A stretch of DNA of 64,000 nt from Sedimentisphaerales bacterium (lineage in GTDB: Bacteria > Planctomycetota > Phycisphaerae > Sedimentisphaerales > SM23-30). Position numbers and translations under genes: made by a program. Location of the stretch: positions 302,405 to 366,404 of the forward strand of contig OY759675.1 of the NCBI GenBank assembly GCA_963662515.1, written 5' to 3'. How positions within the stretch are numbered: position 1 is the stretch's first letter; the number at the start of each line of letters is the position of its first letter. The notes beneath the pieces were generated by a model. That model searched no databases and was not told the origin of the DNA. It saw only the letters and a list, made by a program, of their open reading frames with translations. Positions 50,194 through 60,685 of the stretch are shown piece after piece.

Positions 50194-51702
50194 ATGTATG
50201 TAGATGCAGAGAGCAAAAAGGAAAGAATGGGTTTTATAATACGCGGCATAGCTATGCTGCTGGTAAGTTGCTGTGTTGCCGCTCTTACCCATTCTCTGGG
50301 CCTGAATACATCCCAGGTGTTATCATGTGGCATATTCATAATGATAATTATGGCGACATTGCTTTTCTGGAAGTTTCGCCTGGCTATAGCCTTTGTTGGT
50401 ATTGGTTTGCTTATGGGCACAGGTGTCCTTGATCTGCCTACTTTTCTGGAAGAGTGTAAATTAGATGTTATTTTATTTCTGGTTGGCATGATGGTAACAG
50501 TGGGTGTGCTTAAGGAATTAGGCCTGTTTACCTGGATAATTCAGTTAGTGATAAATTCCTCGCACATGACCGGTCCCCGTTTTGTTGTTATTATTGTATT
50601 GCTTGGGGCATTAATGGGCTGTGTGGTCGATGAAGTAACTTCCATCGTTTTTGTGGTTACGCTTATATTTCAGGTGTGCGACACTCTCAAGGTTCGCCCT
50701 ATACCATTTGTTATGATAGCAGTAATGGGTACTAATGTAGGGTCATGCGGTACTATGCTGGGTAATCCTGTTGGTATCCTCATTGGCCAGAGTGCTTTAC
50801 CACCTTTGAGTTTTATAGATTTTCTCACCTGGTCATTTCCAATAATGTTCGCTTCTTTGCTGACCACTCTGTTATTATTGTGCTGGTGGTTTCGTAGTGA
50901 TATACGACATTTTTCTGAGCGACTGACTACCCGCCGGGAGATGGGGCTTGGTCTTGGTCCAATGGTTCAGGTACCTTATCGTCGTGGTTTATTTGTGCTG
51001 ATAGGTTTGATCGGTTTTATAGCGATGCACCATCAGATAGAGCAGGCTCTTGGTTTGGCTCCTAATACAGTTATGATCGTTGCGCCCCTGGTAGTAGCAG
51101 GGCTGCTTATGATCTGGCGACATGAACGAGCCCGGCATTACATTGAGGCCGATGTTGAATGGTGGACCTTGCTGTTCTTTATGATGCTTTTTGCTGTTGC
51201 CGGAACATTATCTCATACTCATGTTACAGATGAGGTGGCGCGTGGTTTCCAGGGTGTTTTTGGTAATAATCAGGCTATACTCATACCGGTCATTATGGCC
51301 TTGTCAGCTATAGGTTCTGCTTTTGTTGATAATATAGTTTTTGTTGCGGCTTTTATGCCGGTGGTTAACTCGCTGGAATATACCCCTTTGCTATGGGCTC
51401 TACTACATGGTGCGTGTTTGGGTGGAAATATAACCATGATAGGCTCAACTGCCAATATAGTAGCTCTGGGTATGCTGGAGAAGCGGTACCGGGTACAGAT
51501 AAGGTTTTTTGAGTGGTTTAAGGTTGGCATAATAATAGGTTTAGTGTCATGTCTGGTGTCATGGATCGGAATAGCTGCTTTTGCCCATAAAATGCCGACT
51601 AAGGAGCAGCGAATGGTTAAATACCGGCAATTAGAAGAGGCGCATCGGATGCACTCTCAGAAAATTGGAGCAGAACAGACCGAGCCTAAGCCCAATGAAT
51701 AA
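50194..51702 (+). CDS. ArsB/NhaD/SLC13 (IT superfamily) ion transporter
   Basis: ILFLVGMM, VDEVTS, TNVGSCGTMLGNP, SAFVDNI, LGGNITMIGSTANIVA. Confidence 0.9.
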   Translation: MYVDAESKKERMGFIIRGIAMLLVSCCVAALTHSLGLNTSQVLSCGIFIMIIMATLLFWKFRLAIAFVGIGLLMGTGVLDLPTFLEECKLDVILFLVGMMVTVGVLKELGLFTWIIQLVINSSHMTGPRFVVIIVLLGALMGCVVDEVTSIVFVVTLIFQVCDTLKVRPIPFVMIAVMGTNVGSCGTMLGNPVGILIGQSALPPLSFIDFLTWSFPIMFASLLTTLLLLCWWFRSDIRHFSERLTTRREMGLGLGPMVQVPYRRGLFVLIGLIGFIAMHHQIEQALGLAPNTVMIVAPLVVAGLLMIWRHERARHYIEADVEWWTLLFFMMLFAVAGTLSHTHVTDEVARGFQGVFGNNQAILIPVIMALSAIGSAFVDNIVFVAAFMPVVNSLEYTPLLWALLHGACLGGNITMIGSTANIVALGMLEKRYRVQIRFFEWFKVGIIIGLVSCLVSWIGIAAFAHKMPTKEQRMVKYRQLEEAHRMHSQKIGAEQTEPKPNE

Positions 51703-51878
51703 GTTATAACTTGTAACTTGTTTAACTGTTGAGGTTTATATTGTGTATATTTATAAGTGTATTTGATAGTTGATTTTTTGCTGTGAATCAAATATGCTGG
51801 TGTAATCCCTTGCAGGCAAAAGGTTTATTGTTAAGATGAGTAAGAATGTCCTGCGGGATCAAACCTAATTAATATAGT

Positions 51879-54527
51879 ATGCAGAATATAGATATAAGTA
51901 AGCTCACCCCGGCAATGCAGCAGTATGTTGGCTTTAAGCGTCAGTATCCTGAGGCTATATTGTTATTTCGTATGGGCGATTTTTACGAAACTTTTTATGA
52001 TGATGCCCGCACTTGTGCCCAGGTACTGGGTATTACTCTGACATGCCGCAATAAGAACAGTGATAATCCTGTACCGCTGGCCGGGCTGCCCTATCATGCT
52101 ATTGACAGTTATCTGCCCCGTCTTATCAAGGCCGGTTATAAGGTGGCTGTCTGTGAGCAGGTAGAAGACCCGGCAATCGCCAAGGGAGTGGTAAAACGCG
52201 ATGTGGTGCGATTGATAACGCCGGGCACATTAACTGAAGATAATCTACTTGGCGGTGCGGCAGAGAACTATCTCGCTGCTATCTGTTTTGAAGGTCAGGG
52301 GTCAGGCAAAAGTGGTTCCAATATGGTGGGGATATCCTGGGTTGACCTTTCTACAGGGCAGTTTTTTGCTCAGATGACTGAAATACGCTTTTTGATCGAT
52401 GAGCTGGTTCGGATAAGTCCGTCAGAATGTCTGATCACTCAGGAGCGAGAGGACCTTCCGCCAGATTTTGCCCGGCAATTAGCAGAAGTTATTGGGACGG
52501 TGGTTACTGCCCGCCCGGGTTGGTCTTTTGATTCGCGTCAGGGCTATGAGGAATTAACTGGTATTTTGCGTGCCGGGTCATTAGAAGGCTTTGGGTTTTC
52601 TGAGCCTGACTGCTCTATTGCTTCGGCCGGGGTAATTATCGATTATCTAAAAGAGACGCAGAAGATCGCACTGGATCATATTACTTCGCTGCGAAAGATA
52701 AAGAGAGAGTCATTTTTACAGTTAGATCAGGTTACTTTACGGTCGCTGGAAATAGAACGGACTATTCGTGAAGGGCATACAGCCGGTTCCCTGCTGGGCA
52801 GTATAGATGAGACTCGTTCAGCAATGGGTACAAGGAAATTGCGACATTGGATATGTTATCCACTCAATAATCTTAACGAGATACATCGTCGTCAAGGGGC
52901 AGTAGCAGAGTTGGCAGGCTTTGACAATGTTCGGGATAGTCTCCGTTCAGTACTCAGGGAGGTTACAGATATAGAGCGCATTGCTACCCGTATCAGTACT
53001 GGCAGAGCTGTACCGCGAGACCTGCTTGGACTGGCACAGGCATTAAGGCAATTGCCGGTTTTGAAAGAGGTACTGTCAGGTTGTAGCAGTGAATTACTGG
53101 TAGAATTGTCTGGGCAGTGCGATAATTTTGAGACTTTGACATCTCTGATAGAGTCAGCGATCAGTCCTGAGGCTGGCATGTCTATTCGAGATGGTAATAT
53201 AATTAATACTGGTTATGATCCTGAAGTTGACCGTCTGCGCGGCTTGTGTCATGATGGTCAGGCCTGGCTGGCCAGTTATCAGAAAAAGTTGATAGAGCAG
53301 ACCGGTTTGACAAATCTTAAGGTTGGTTATAATAAGGTCTTTGGCTATTATGTCGAATTGAGTCAGGCTCAGGCTGAAAAAGCACCTGTTCATTTTGTGC
53401 GTAAGCAAACTTTGAAAAATGCCGAGCGATATATTACCGATGAGCTTAAGCAGTATGAGACAGAAGCTCTTACTGCTGAGCAGCGTAGTAAAGAGCTGGA
53501 AGAGCGAATATTCCATGAGGTTCGTCGTGAGGTGGCAACCTATACGCTCAGATTGCAGCAGGCAGCCGAGACAGTAGCAGAGATTGATGTGTTGGCCAGC
53601 TTTGCTTATATAGCGCGAACCAGAAATTATTGTCAGCCTGAGGTTCATGCCGGTCACGATCTGGAGATAAAAGAAGGGCGGCATCCGGTGCTTGATGTTC
53701 AGTTGGGTGGCAAGTTCGTTCCCAACGATGTTGCATTAGGTGGCCGTTTTGGTGATGTTGGTATTATTACCGGTCCAAATATGTCAGGTAAGAGTACTTA
53801 TATTCGTCAGACTGCTTTGCTGGTATTGCTGGCGCATACCGGTAGTTTTATACCGGCCAGGTCGGCCCAGGTCGGGCTGACTGATCGCATTTTCACCAGG
53901 GTTGGGGCTGCTGATGAACTTACTCGTGGTCAGTCAACCTTCATGGTAGAGATGCTCGAAACGGCTAACATAATAAATAATGCTACAGATCGTTCTCTGG
54001 TTATTCTCGATGAAGTTGGCAGGGGGACAAGCACTTATGACGGTCTGAGTCTGGCCTGGGCAATAACTGAGCACATTGCTGGTGTTATCAAGTGCCGCAC
54101 TTTGTTTGCTACTCACTATCATGAGATAACAGAGCTGTGTGAGTTGTATGATAATGTGAAGAATTATAATGTTGCAGTGCGTGAATGGAAAGATGATGTT
54201 GTCTTTCTCCATAAGATATTAAAAGGCCGAACAGACAAGAGTTATGGTATTCATGTAGCCCGCCTTGCGGGAATGCCCCAGAGCATAATTTCTCGTAGTA
54301 AAGAGATATTGCAGGAGCTGGAGAGTAATTTTTCTCGTGAGGCTCATCGTCCGCAGCTTACCGGTAAGTTGGGTAAAAAAGATACCGCCGGCCAGATGTT
54401 GCTTTTCAGTAATCAGCCAACCGACCCGCTTTTAATTAAGCTCAAAAATATGGATCTGGATAATCTTACCCCTATGCAGGCGATCAATCTGCTGCATGAG
54501 ATAAAAAGCGATCTTGAATCCCGCTAG
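51879..54527 (+). CDS. mutS: DNA mismatch repair protein MutS
   Basis: TPAMQQY, LFRMGDFYETF, ITGPNMSGKSTY, STFMVEM, DEVGRGTST, FATHYHE, SYGIHVA. Confidence 0.98.
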   Translation: MQNIDISKLTPAMQQYVGFKRQYPEAILLFRMGDFYETFYDDARTCAQVLGITLTCRNKNSDNPVPLAGLPYHAIDSYLPRLIKAGYKVAVCEQVEDPAIAKGVVKRDVVRLITPGTLTEDNLLGGAAENYLAAICFEGQGSGKSGSNMVGISWVDLSTGQFFAQMTEIRFLIDELVRISPSECLITQEREDLPPDFARQLAEVIGTVVTARPGWSFDSRQGYEELTGILRAGSLEGFGFSEPDCSIASAGVIIDYLKETQKIALDHITSLRKIKRESFLQLDQVTLRSLEIERTIREGHTAGSLLGSIDETRSAMGTRKLRHWICYPLNNLNEIHRRQGAVAELAGFDNVRDSLRSVLREVTDIERIATRISTGRAVPRDLLGLAQALRQLPVLKEVLSGCSSELLVELSGQCDNFETLTSLIESAISPEAGMSIRDGNIINTGYDPEVDRLRGLCHDGQAWLASYQKKLIEQTGLTNLKVGYNKVFGYYVELSQAQAEKAPVHFVRKQTLKNAERYITDELKQYETEALTAEQRSKELEERIFHEVRREVATYTLRLQQAAETVAEIDVLASFAYIARTRNYCQPEVHAGHDLEIKEGRHPVLDVQLGGKFVPNDVALGGRFGDVGIITGPNMSGKSTYIRQTALLVLLAHTGSFIPARSAQVGLTDRIFTRVGAADELTRGQSTFMVEMLETANIINNATDRSLVILDEVGRGTSTYDGLSLAWAITEHIAGVIKCRTLFATHYHEITELCELYDNVKNYNVAVREWKDDVVFLHKILKGRTDKSYGIHVARLAGMPQSIISRSKEILQELESNFSREAHRPQLTGKLGKKDTAGQMLLFSNQPTDPLLIKLKNMDLDNLTPMQAINLLHEIKSDLESR

Positions 54528-54985
54528 CAAACGGTGAATATAAGCCCAGAGTCTCACTGTATTGAGTTTTCACAGGTTAATGTATGATTGAGTGTTATCT
54601 ATCTTGATTTTGAGACAATTCGACTTAATGCTTATATCTTATTGCTTTCGCCTGACTTGTATTGTTATGTTGAGTGTGTTTTGAATAGTTTTTTTACGCT
54701 GGATAGAATTAGTGGTTTTAAGGTTTGTATGGTTTGCATGGATTGTTTTTGAGTCCTATAACTATCTGGTTCTCTAAAAAAAAACTAAAAACCCTGATTT
54801 ATTGGTTTTTTTTATTTAACTTGTTTATTCGTCATATTCATCATACTTCATATCTTAATGTTCAATATTCAGGCCTTTATCTCGTTTATTATTGGACTTA
54901 TCCCTGTTTTAATGTTTTTCCGTATGGTCTTTAAGTTAAAAATACATTTTTAAACAGTAAAATCATTAAATTCCATTTTCACCTT

Positions 54986-55014
54986 TTAAAGTCGGTCTTT
55001 AGCGTCGTCGATGT
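54986..55014 (+). promoter_or_regulatory. Putative sigma28 promoter of flagellin
   Basis: TTAAA 54986-54990, 16 nt, GTCGATGT 55007-55014. Confidence 0.6.
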
Positions 55015-55345
55015 GCTTCATGTCATGGGAGAGGCATAGAGCGCCCAGGCAGGAAAAATTAAAACAGGAACGAAATATAATGGTATGCGTTAGACACAAT
55101 TTATCGAGCAGTGACAACCGGTGGAGGGAAGGGCCTATGAACTGACAAAGTCGAGACCGGCTCAGTCCGGTATGCGTTAACGATATACACTAGATTATGA
55201 TTATTTGTTGATATTTGAAAATTAAACCAGATTGTAACCTTTGCTAAATTCGTCTCCGGTGGGTTAAACAGTAATACGGATTTTGGAAATCAGTACCCGG
55301 TAAAGAAGGTTGCAATCAACAAATGAAACCCCAGGAGGTAACATT

Positions 55346-56809
55346 ATGAGCAGAATTAACACAAATGTAACGGCTATGACCAGTACCCGAATCCTTAACC
55401 AGAATAATGATTCATTGAATGTATCACTGGAAAGATTAAGTACCGGTTTGAAGATCAACCGCGGTGCTGACGACCCGGCCGGTTTGATCGCGTCTGAGAA
55501 TCTGTCAAAGCAGATCAAAGGTACTGAAACAGGTATTAAGAACGCAGAAAGAGCTAATACCATTATAGCAACAGCAGATGGCGCATTAGGCGAGATAAGT
55601 GACATGCTTACCGAGCTGCAGGGCCTTCTGGGTGAAGTAGCGAATAAAGGTGGTATGAGCCAGGAAGAAATTGAAGCTAATCAGCTTCAGGCAGACTCGA
55701 TCCTGAATACGATCGATCGTATTGCTAACTCAACCGAGTTCCAGGGCATTAAACTGCTCAATGGTAACTTTGATTATACAGTAAGTGGTGGTACAGCAAC
55801 AACCTTTACCAGTGCTGTTAACGACCTCAAGGTAAATGGTGCCAAGTTAATTGATGGTGCAGCTATGACTGTTACCGTATCAGTTACAACATCTGCTCAG
55901 ACTGGTAAGGCATACCTCTCTGGTGCTGTTTCTGGTGCACTGACTGTTAAGGTTGGTTCTAATCGTGGTAATACTGAGCTGACCTTTGCCAGTGGTACTT
56001 CAGTTGCTAATGTAGCAACCAGTATCAATGCCGTTAAAGAAGTTACCGGCGTATCAGCTACAGTTAGTTCAAATAATGTAACCATTAAACTTAATAGTGT
56101 TGATTATGGAACAGATTCTTATGTTAGTGTTGAGAAATTGACCAGTGGCAATAACAGGCTCAGAATTCTGGGTTCTAATGTTACCACAGGTGCCAAGGCA
56201 GCAGAGACTACTAACATGAAAGACTTTGGTGTTAATGCTATCGCAACTGTCAACGGTACAGAGGCTGTGGCTAATGGTAAGAAACTGTCGATCAAGACTG
56301 CTATGATTGATGCCGAGATGACTCTGGCTGATGGCAGAGCAACAACACTGGGTACCAGCTCATTCACTATTACTGGTGGTGGTGCAGACTTTGCGATCGG
56401 TGCTGTAGTAGATGCTATCGGTCTGGAAGCTGTAGGTATTAAAGATGTTTCATCTTCTTCATTGGGTACTACTGACGATGGCCGTCTCAGTACGCTCAAG
56501 AGCGGTGGTGATAACTCACTGAGTTCTGATAACCTTTATACCGCCCAGAGAATTCTCAATACCTCGATCAAGGATGTGTCTAAGATGCGTGGTCGTCTGG
56601 GTTCATTCCAGAAGAATACTCTGGAAAAGACTATAAATACCCTGACCGTGGCCAATGAGAATCTGGCCAGCGCTCAGTCTGCTATCAGAGATACAGACTT
56701 TGCCAGTGAGACATCATCAATGACGAGGTCTCAGATCCTGGTTCAGTCTGCTACCAGCGTACTGGCTCAGGCCAACTCTGCTCCGCAGAGCATACTCCAG
56801 TTGCTGTAA
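55346..56809 (+). CDS. fliC: Flagellin
   Basis: SD CAGGAGGT; MSRINTNV, SLERLSTGLKINRGADDPAGL; C-terminal AQSAIRDTDFASE, QAN..PQ.ILQLL. Confidence 0.97.
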   Translation: MSRINTNVTAMTSTRILNQNNDSLNVSLERLSTGLKINRGADDPAGLIASENLSKQIKGTETGIKNAERANTIIATADGALGEISDMLTELQGLLGEVANKGGMSQEEIEANQLQADSILNTIDRIANSTEFQGIKLLNGNFDYTVSGGTATTFTSAVNDLKVNGAKLIDGAAMTVTVSVTTSAQTGKAYLSGAVSGALTVKVGSNRGNTELTFASGTSVANVATSINAVKEVTGVSATVSSNNVTIKLNSVDYGTDSYVSVEKLTSGNNRLRILGSNVTTGAKAAETTNMKDFGVNAIATVNGTEAVANGKKLSIKTAMIDAEMTLADGRATTLGTSSFTITGGGADFAIGAVVDAIGLEAVGIKDVSSSSLGTTDDGRLSTLKSGGDNSLSSDNLYTAQRILNTSIKDVSKMRGRLGSFQKNTLEKTINTLTVANENLASAQSAIRDTDFASETSSMTRSQILVQSATSVLAQANSAPQSILQLL

Positions 56810-56835
56810 TAGTCAGAAAATATTCAGAATGTATA

Positions 56836-56874
56836 AAAGGGTCTGGCGCAATGATGCTGCCAGGCCCTTTTTTT
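56836..56874 (+). terminator. Rho-independent terminator of fliC
   Basis: AAGGGTCTGGC...GCCAGGCCCTT followed by a T run. Confidence 0.85.
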
Positions 56875-57067
56875 GCGCATTTACGAAAATGGCTGGCGCA
56901 AAAATTGCGCATGCTTGACAATATAAATAGAATTTTACTTCAAGAAATTTTATATTTACAGTGAGGCGGTAAATAGTGGTACTGTAAATCATTTAAATAA
57001 GATATTTTGTGTATTATTATACAATAGTAGATGGGTTGTGTTGTAATTTTGACTTAAATCGCTTTTC

Positions 57068-57083
57068 TGGCATGCTTTTTGCT
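57068..57083 (+). promoter_or_regulatory. Sigma54 (-24/-12) promoter of the polysaccharide locus
   Basis: TGGCAT-GCTTT-TTGCT, with GG at 57069-57070 and GC at 57081-57082 (canonical spacing). Confidence 0.65.
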
Positions 57084-57209
57084 TTTTTGTAATTGCGGAC
57101 GATTTTATATCTATTAAAAATAGGTCCGGCTCTGTGGACAGGGCGGCAAAATTAAGACATGTGGCTATATCGTTTAGCGATATTGCCAGTAATAAAACTG
57201 TAGGATCAG

Positions 57210-58361
57210 GTGAAAAACAACATTACAACGGAGTTGATGTTGTCTGATGGATCGGGCAAGGATGCCAACAGTTCAGGATGGGCTGTTACCAGGATCTTTC
57301 GGACCAGGAGAGGCAGGTATTTGCTGATATTGCTGATGCAGATGGCGTTGGCAATGTTTTCTGGCTGCGCCGACCTTGAGCCTAGCAGTTATCAGGAGGT
57401 AGAGCGGTTTTTAGCCGCCGGGCCGATAACCCCGGAGCTTGATGGTGAGCTTATGGTTGCTTCTTGTTGGAAGCAGCAGCATTATCGGTTGGTATGTGGG
57501 GACATTATTGAGCTGGAGATGCCAGCGATAATGAAGGTCAGTGCCAGTGAATTGCCAGAGTGGTCGGGCAAGCGAGAGCCGTATAGTTGTCGGGTCGATG
57601 ACAAAGGGCGGATAAATCTTCCTGTTATTGGTCAGGTATCAGCCGCGGGTCTTACTCTTACCGAATTGGAAAGCAAGTTATCCCAGATCTATTACCCGCG
57701 TTATGTGGTCACTAATCCTTCAATAGTTGCATCGGTGCGAGAATACTGCACTGCCCGGGTATCGGTTGTTGGTGCTGTCAAGGAAAGTGGTATCTATGAG
57801 TTAAGGTCAAATGAAATGTCACTGGTAAATCTGCTGATGAAAGCCGGTGGTATTGCAGAAGATGGTGCTGCGGTTATTCGGATTGCTCATAGTGATGGTG
57901 GCGATTATAGTAAGCCGATAGTATTGCCGGTGAAGGGTTATAATGTCCCCTTTGATGATGCGGTTTTGAAAAATGGTGATACGGTAATAGTTGAGCCGCT
58001 GCTGGCCCAGACTTTCACAGTTGTTGGCCTGGTCAAACGACCAGGTGCTTTTCCATTTACACCCGGTATCAGATATAATCTGATGCAGGCTCTGGCTTAT
58101 GCCGGCGGGTTAGATGAAGTTGCTGCACCTAAATATGTTCGTATATATCGACAGGCATCCGATGGCGAGATAGTTTCAGCCTTATTCCCGCTTCATGGCA
58201 GAGAGGCCGAATCGTCATTGGCAGTTAATCTCAAGCCCGGCGATGTAATTGCTGTTGAGCCTACGCAACGAACCCGTACCCGTAAGTTGTTGGCAGAGAT
58301 CGTACAGTTCAATCTGGGTATGCAGACAATGTACCGTCTGGATAATAAGGATTCAGATTAA
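57210..58361 (+). CDS. Polysaccharide export lipoprotein (Wza/SLBB family)
   Basis: FSG-C lipobox; VDDKGRINLPVIG, GLTLTELE, V.VVGAVK.SG, V.GLVKRPG, LKPGDVI. Confidence 0.88.
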   Translation: MKNNITTELMLSDGSGKDANSSGWAVTRIFRTRRGRYLLILLMQMALAMFSGCADLEPSSYQEVERFLAAGPITPELDGELMVASCWKQQHYRLVCGDIIELEMPAIMKVSASELPEWSGKREPYSCRVDDKGRINLPVIGQVSAAGLTLTELESKLSQIYYPRYVVTNPSIVASVREYCTARVSVVGAVKESGIYELRSNEMSLVNLLMKAGGIAEDGAAVIRIAHSDGGDYSKPIVLPVKGYNVPFDDAVLKNGDTVIVEPLLAQTFTVVGLVKRPGAFPFTPGIRYNLMQALAYAGGLDEVAAPKYVRIYRQASDGEIVSALFPLHGREAESSLAVNLKPGDVIAVEPTQRTRTRKLLAEIVQFNLGMQTMYRLDNKDSD

Positions 58362-58387
58362 ATATAAAAAGGCAAGTAATTAGTAAA

Positions 58388-60514
58388 TTGGAATATCAAC
58401 CGATACAACCAGAATTTAAGAATGAATATGCTCTGCAGGATATGCAGCAGAGGCAGGGGATGTTGGCGCGGGTGGTGTCGAAACGCTGGCGAATAATTAT
58501 GGCCTCAGCGGTTGTCGCATTTGGTATTACTTCAGCCTGGACTTATGTCAGCCCGACAAAGTACAGCGTTTCCAGCAGGCTCTTTGTTGAGCATAAGTCG
58601 CCACGACTTATGGCTGAGCAGAATAATCTTATGTCTGGTTCGCGTAATTTCCTCAGTGCTCAGGCAGAGATGGTCCGTTCAATGCCGGTTATTTCCGAAA
58701 TGCTTGCCAATCCTGATATTGTGTCATTGCTGCATCAGGCGGGGATTACTGATCAGATCGATTTTTTGCGTAATAAGATAAATGTTAGTGCCGGTCTGAA
58801 AGATGATATCGTAACGGTGGCTGGAGTAACTACTGAACCGCTCTGGCTGGCAGATATAATAAATTCCATGGTCGATACTTATATTGCCTATAATAATCGG
58901 GTGAATAATCGGACTTCACTGGCTGTTGTACACTTATTGCAGAAGGAAAAAGATAAAACCGATGTCGAACTGCTTACCAAGCAGACCAAGCTGCGAGAAC
59001 TGGCCCGTGAAAACGGCGTTATCGACTTTGAGCGGGAAGGTACCAATATAGAGATAACCCGACTGGCAAAAATATCTGAGGTACTAACCGAGTCGGAATT
59101 GGAACTTGCTTCGGTGCAAACACTATATGATACGGTAAATGCCCTGGCTGATAAGCCGGATCAGATCCGTGCTATGGCAGTAGCTGAAGGTAAGTACGCT
59201 AATTATCTTACACAGGAAAACAGTCTTCGACTCCGGCTGCAAGAGCTGGAAATGCAGTTGGGCCAGCTTAATCAGCAGGCAACCCTGGAGCATCCGGCGG
59301 TTGCGGCTACCTGGGAGGAAATATCCTCTGTTCGCCGGCAGTTAGATGAGATAACCTTCAGATTGGCCCGCGAATATACGGATAGCATTATCCATAAATG
59401 GGTGGTCTGTACGCGTAATGTAAACGAAAATAAACGCCGACTGGAAGAGCAAAAGTCTATCGCCTGGGCACTCAATTCAAAGGCTACGGAATATGCCCTG
59501 CTCAAAAATGATATTGATCGTTTGGAAGATATCTGCTCAACACTCGACCGGCGTATCAAGGAAGAGACTGTTTCGGCTGGCTCTGAGTCAATGAATATTA
59601 CTATATTGGAGCGAGCAGATGTTCCTTCCAGCGTCCCGGTTTCGAGTCGGGCAAAAGCTATGGCAATGGGTCTTATCGCCGGTTTATGGCTGGGGCTGGC
59701 TCTGGGCTTTATTCGCGAGCTTACCGATAAGAATGTGCGGACTACTGAAGATGTTAATGAGGCTACTTCTTTGCCGTTGCTGGGAAGTATCCCGGCGTTA
59801 GATACGCAGGATGGTATTCGTAAACATGGGCTTATAACTCAGGTAGATGCCTCTTCTCAGGCGGCTGAGGCCTTTCGCGAGATATGGTCGGCTCTGTATT
59901 ATCGTGGTATTCGCGATAATCGTCGGGCTGTTATGATCACTTCGCCACAGGCCGGAGCCGGTAAGTCGTTTATAGCGAGTAATCTGGCGATAATCATGGC
60001 TCATGCCGGGCAGCGGGTATTGTTAATTGACGCTGACCTGCGTAACCCGACCCAGCATAAGATACATGGCAGTTCGGCCTGGCTGCGTGCCGGGCTGGCG
60101 GATATACTTGAGGGCGGGCTCGATGTGCTGCCCAATTGCATTATCAGTACATCTATAGCTAATCTTGATGTGCTCAGCAGCGGCTCAGGCAGCTTTACTC
60201 ATTCGGAGCTATTGGCTGGCGATGTATTCCGGCAAATGCTCGAGGTATTGAAAAACAGCTACGACCGGATAATTATCGATACTCCACCAGTACTGGAATT
60301 AGCTGATGCCAGAATAATGGCCAGTGTCTGCGATAGCACCGTTCTGGTAGTGCGAGCCGATAAGAGCCGCCGGGAACAATGCACTCAGGCAACGGCTATC
60401 TTATCCGCCATCGGAGCCGAACTCGCCGGCGTAATTGTGAACGATATCGCTGTTAATAAAAACAGCTATAACTATAAGAGCTATCAATACGATAATAAAG
60501 ATTCTGTCCGCTAA
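58388..60514 (+). CDS. Polysaccharide co-polymerase / BY-kinase (Wzc-like), TTG start
   Basis: Two TM segments with coiled coil; TSPQAGAGKS, VLLIDADLR, IIIDTPP; C-terminal Tyr cluster SYNYKSYQY. Confidence 0.92.
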   Translation: MEYQPIQPEFKNEYALQDMQQRQGMLARVVSKRWRIIMASAVVAFGITSAWTYVSPTKYSVSSRLFVEHKSPRLMAEQNNLMSGSRNFLSAQAEMVRSMPVISEMLANPDIVSLLHQAGITDQIDFLRNKINVSAGLKDDIVTVAGVTTEPLWLADIINSMVDTYIAYNNRVNNRTSLAVVHLLQKEKDKTDVELLTKQTKLRELARENGVIDFEREGTNIEITRLAKISEVLTESELELASVQTLYDTVNALADKPDQIRAMAVAEGKYANYLTQENSLRLRLQELEMQLGQLNQQATLEHPAVAATWEEISSVRRQLDEITFRLAREYTDSIIHKWVVCTRNVNENKRRLEEQKSIAWALNSKATEYALLKNDIDRLEDICSTLDRRIKEETVSAGSESMNITILERADVPSSVPVSSRAKAMAMGLIAGLWLGLALGFIRELTDKNVRTTEDVNEATSLPLLGSIPALDTQDGIRKHGLITQVDASSQAAEAFREIWSALYYRGIRDNRRAVMITSPQAGAGKSFIASNLAIIMAHAGQRVLLIDADLRNPTQHKIHGSSAWLRAGLADILEGGLDVLPNCIISTSIANLDVLSSGSGSFTHSELLAGDVFRQMLEVLKNSYDRIIIDTPPVLELADARIMASVCDSTVLVVRADKSRREQCTQATAILSAIGAELAGVIVNDIAVNKNSYNYKSYQYDNKDSVR

Positions 60515-60685
60515 TCCCCCTGCTTTTGGTCTTTTCCTTTCCGAAATCCAGGGTAGAAATGAATATTTAAGCGAACCGACGGGGACGGAGTCTGCGCGGA
60601 GGTGTGTGGAATTGGTGTAATAAATGCGTATTTGATAACATATCAAGGGCAGACGGCAATAATATAACATGAAAGAATATTTAAA

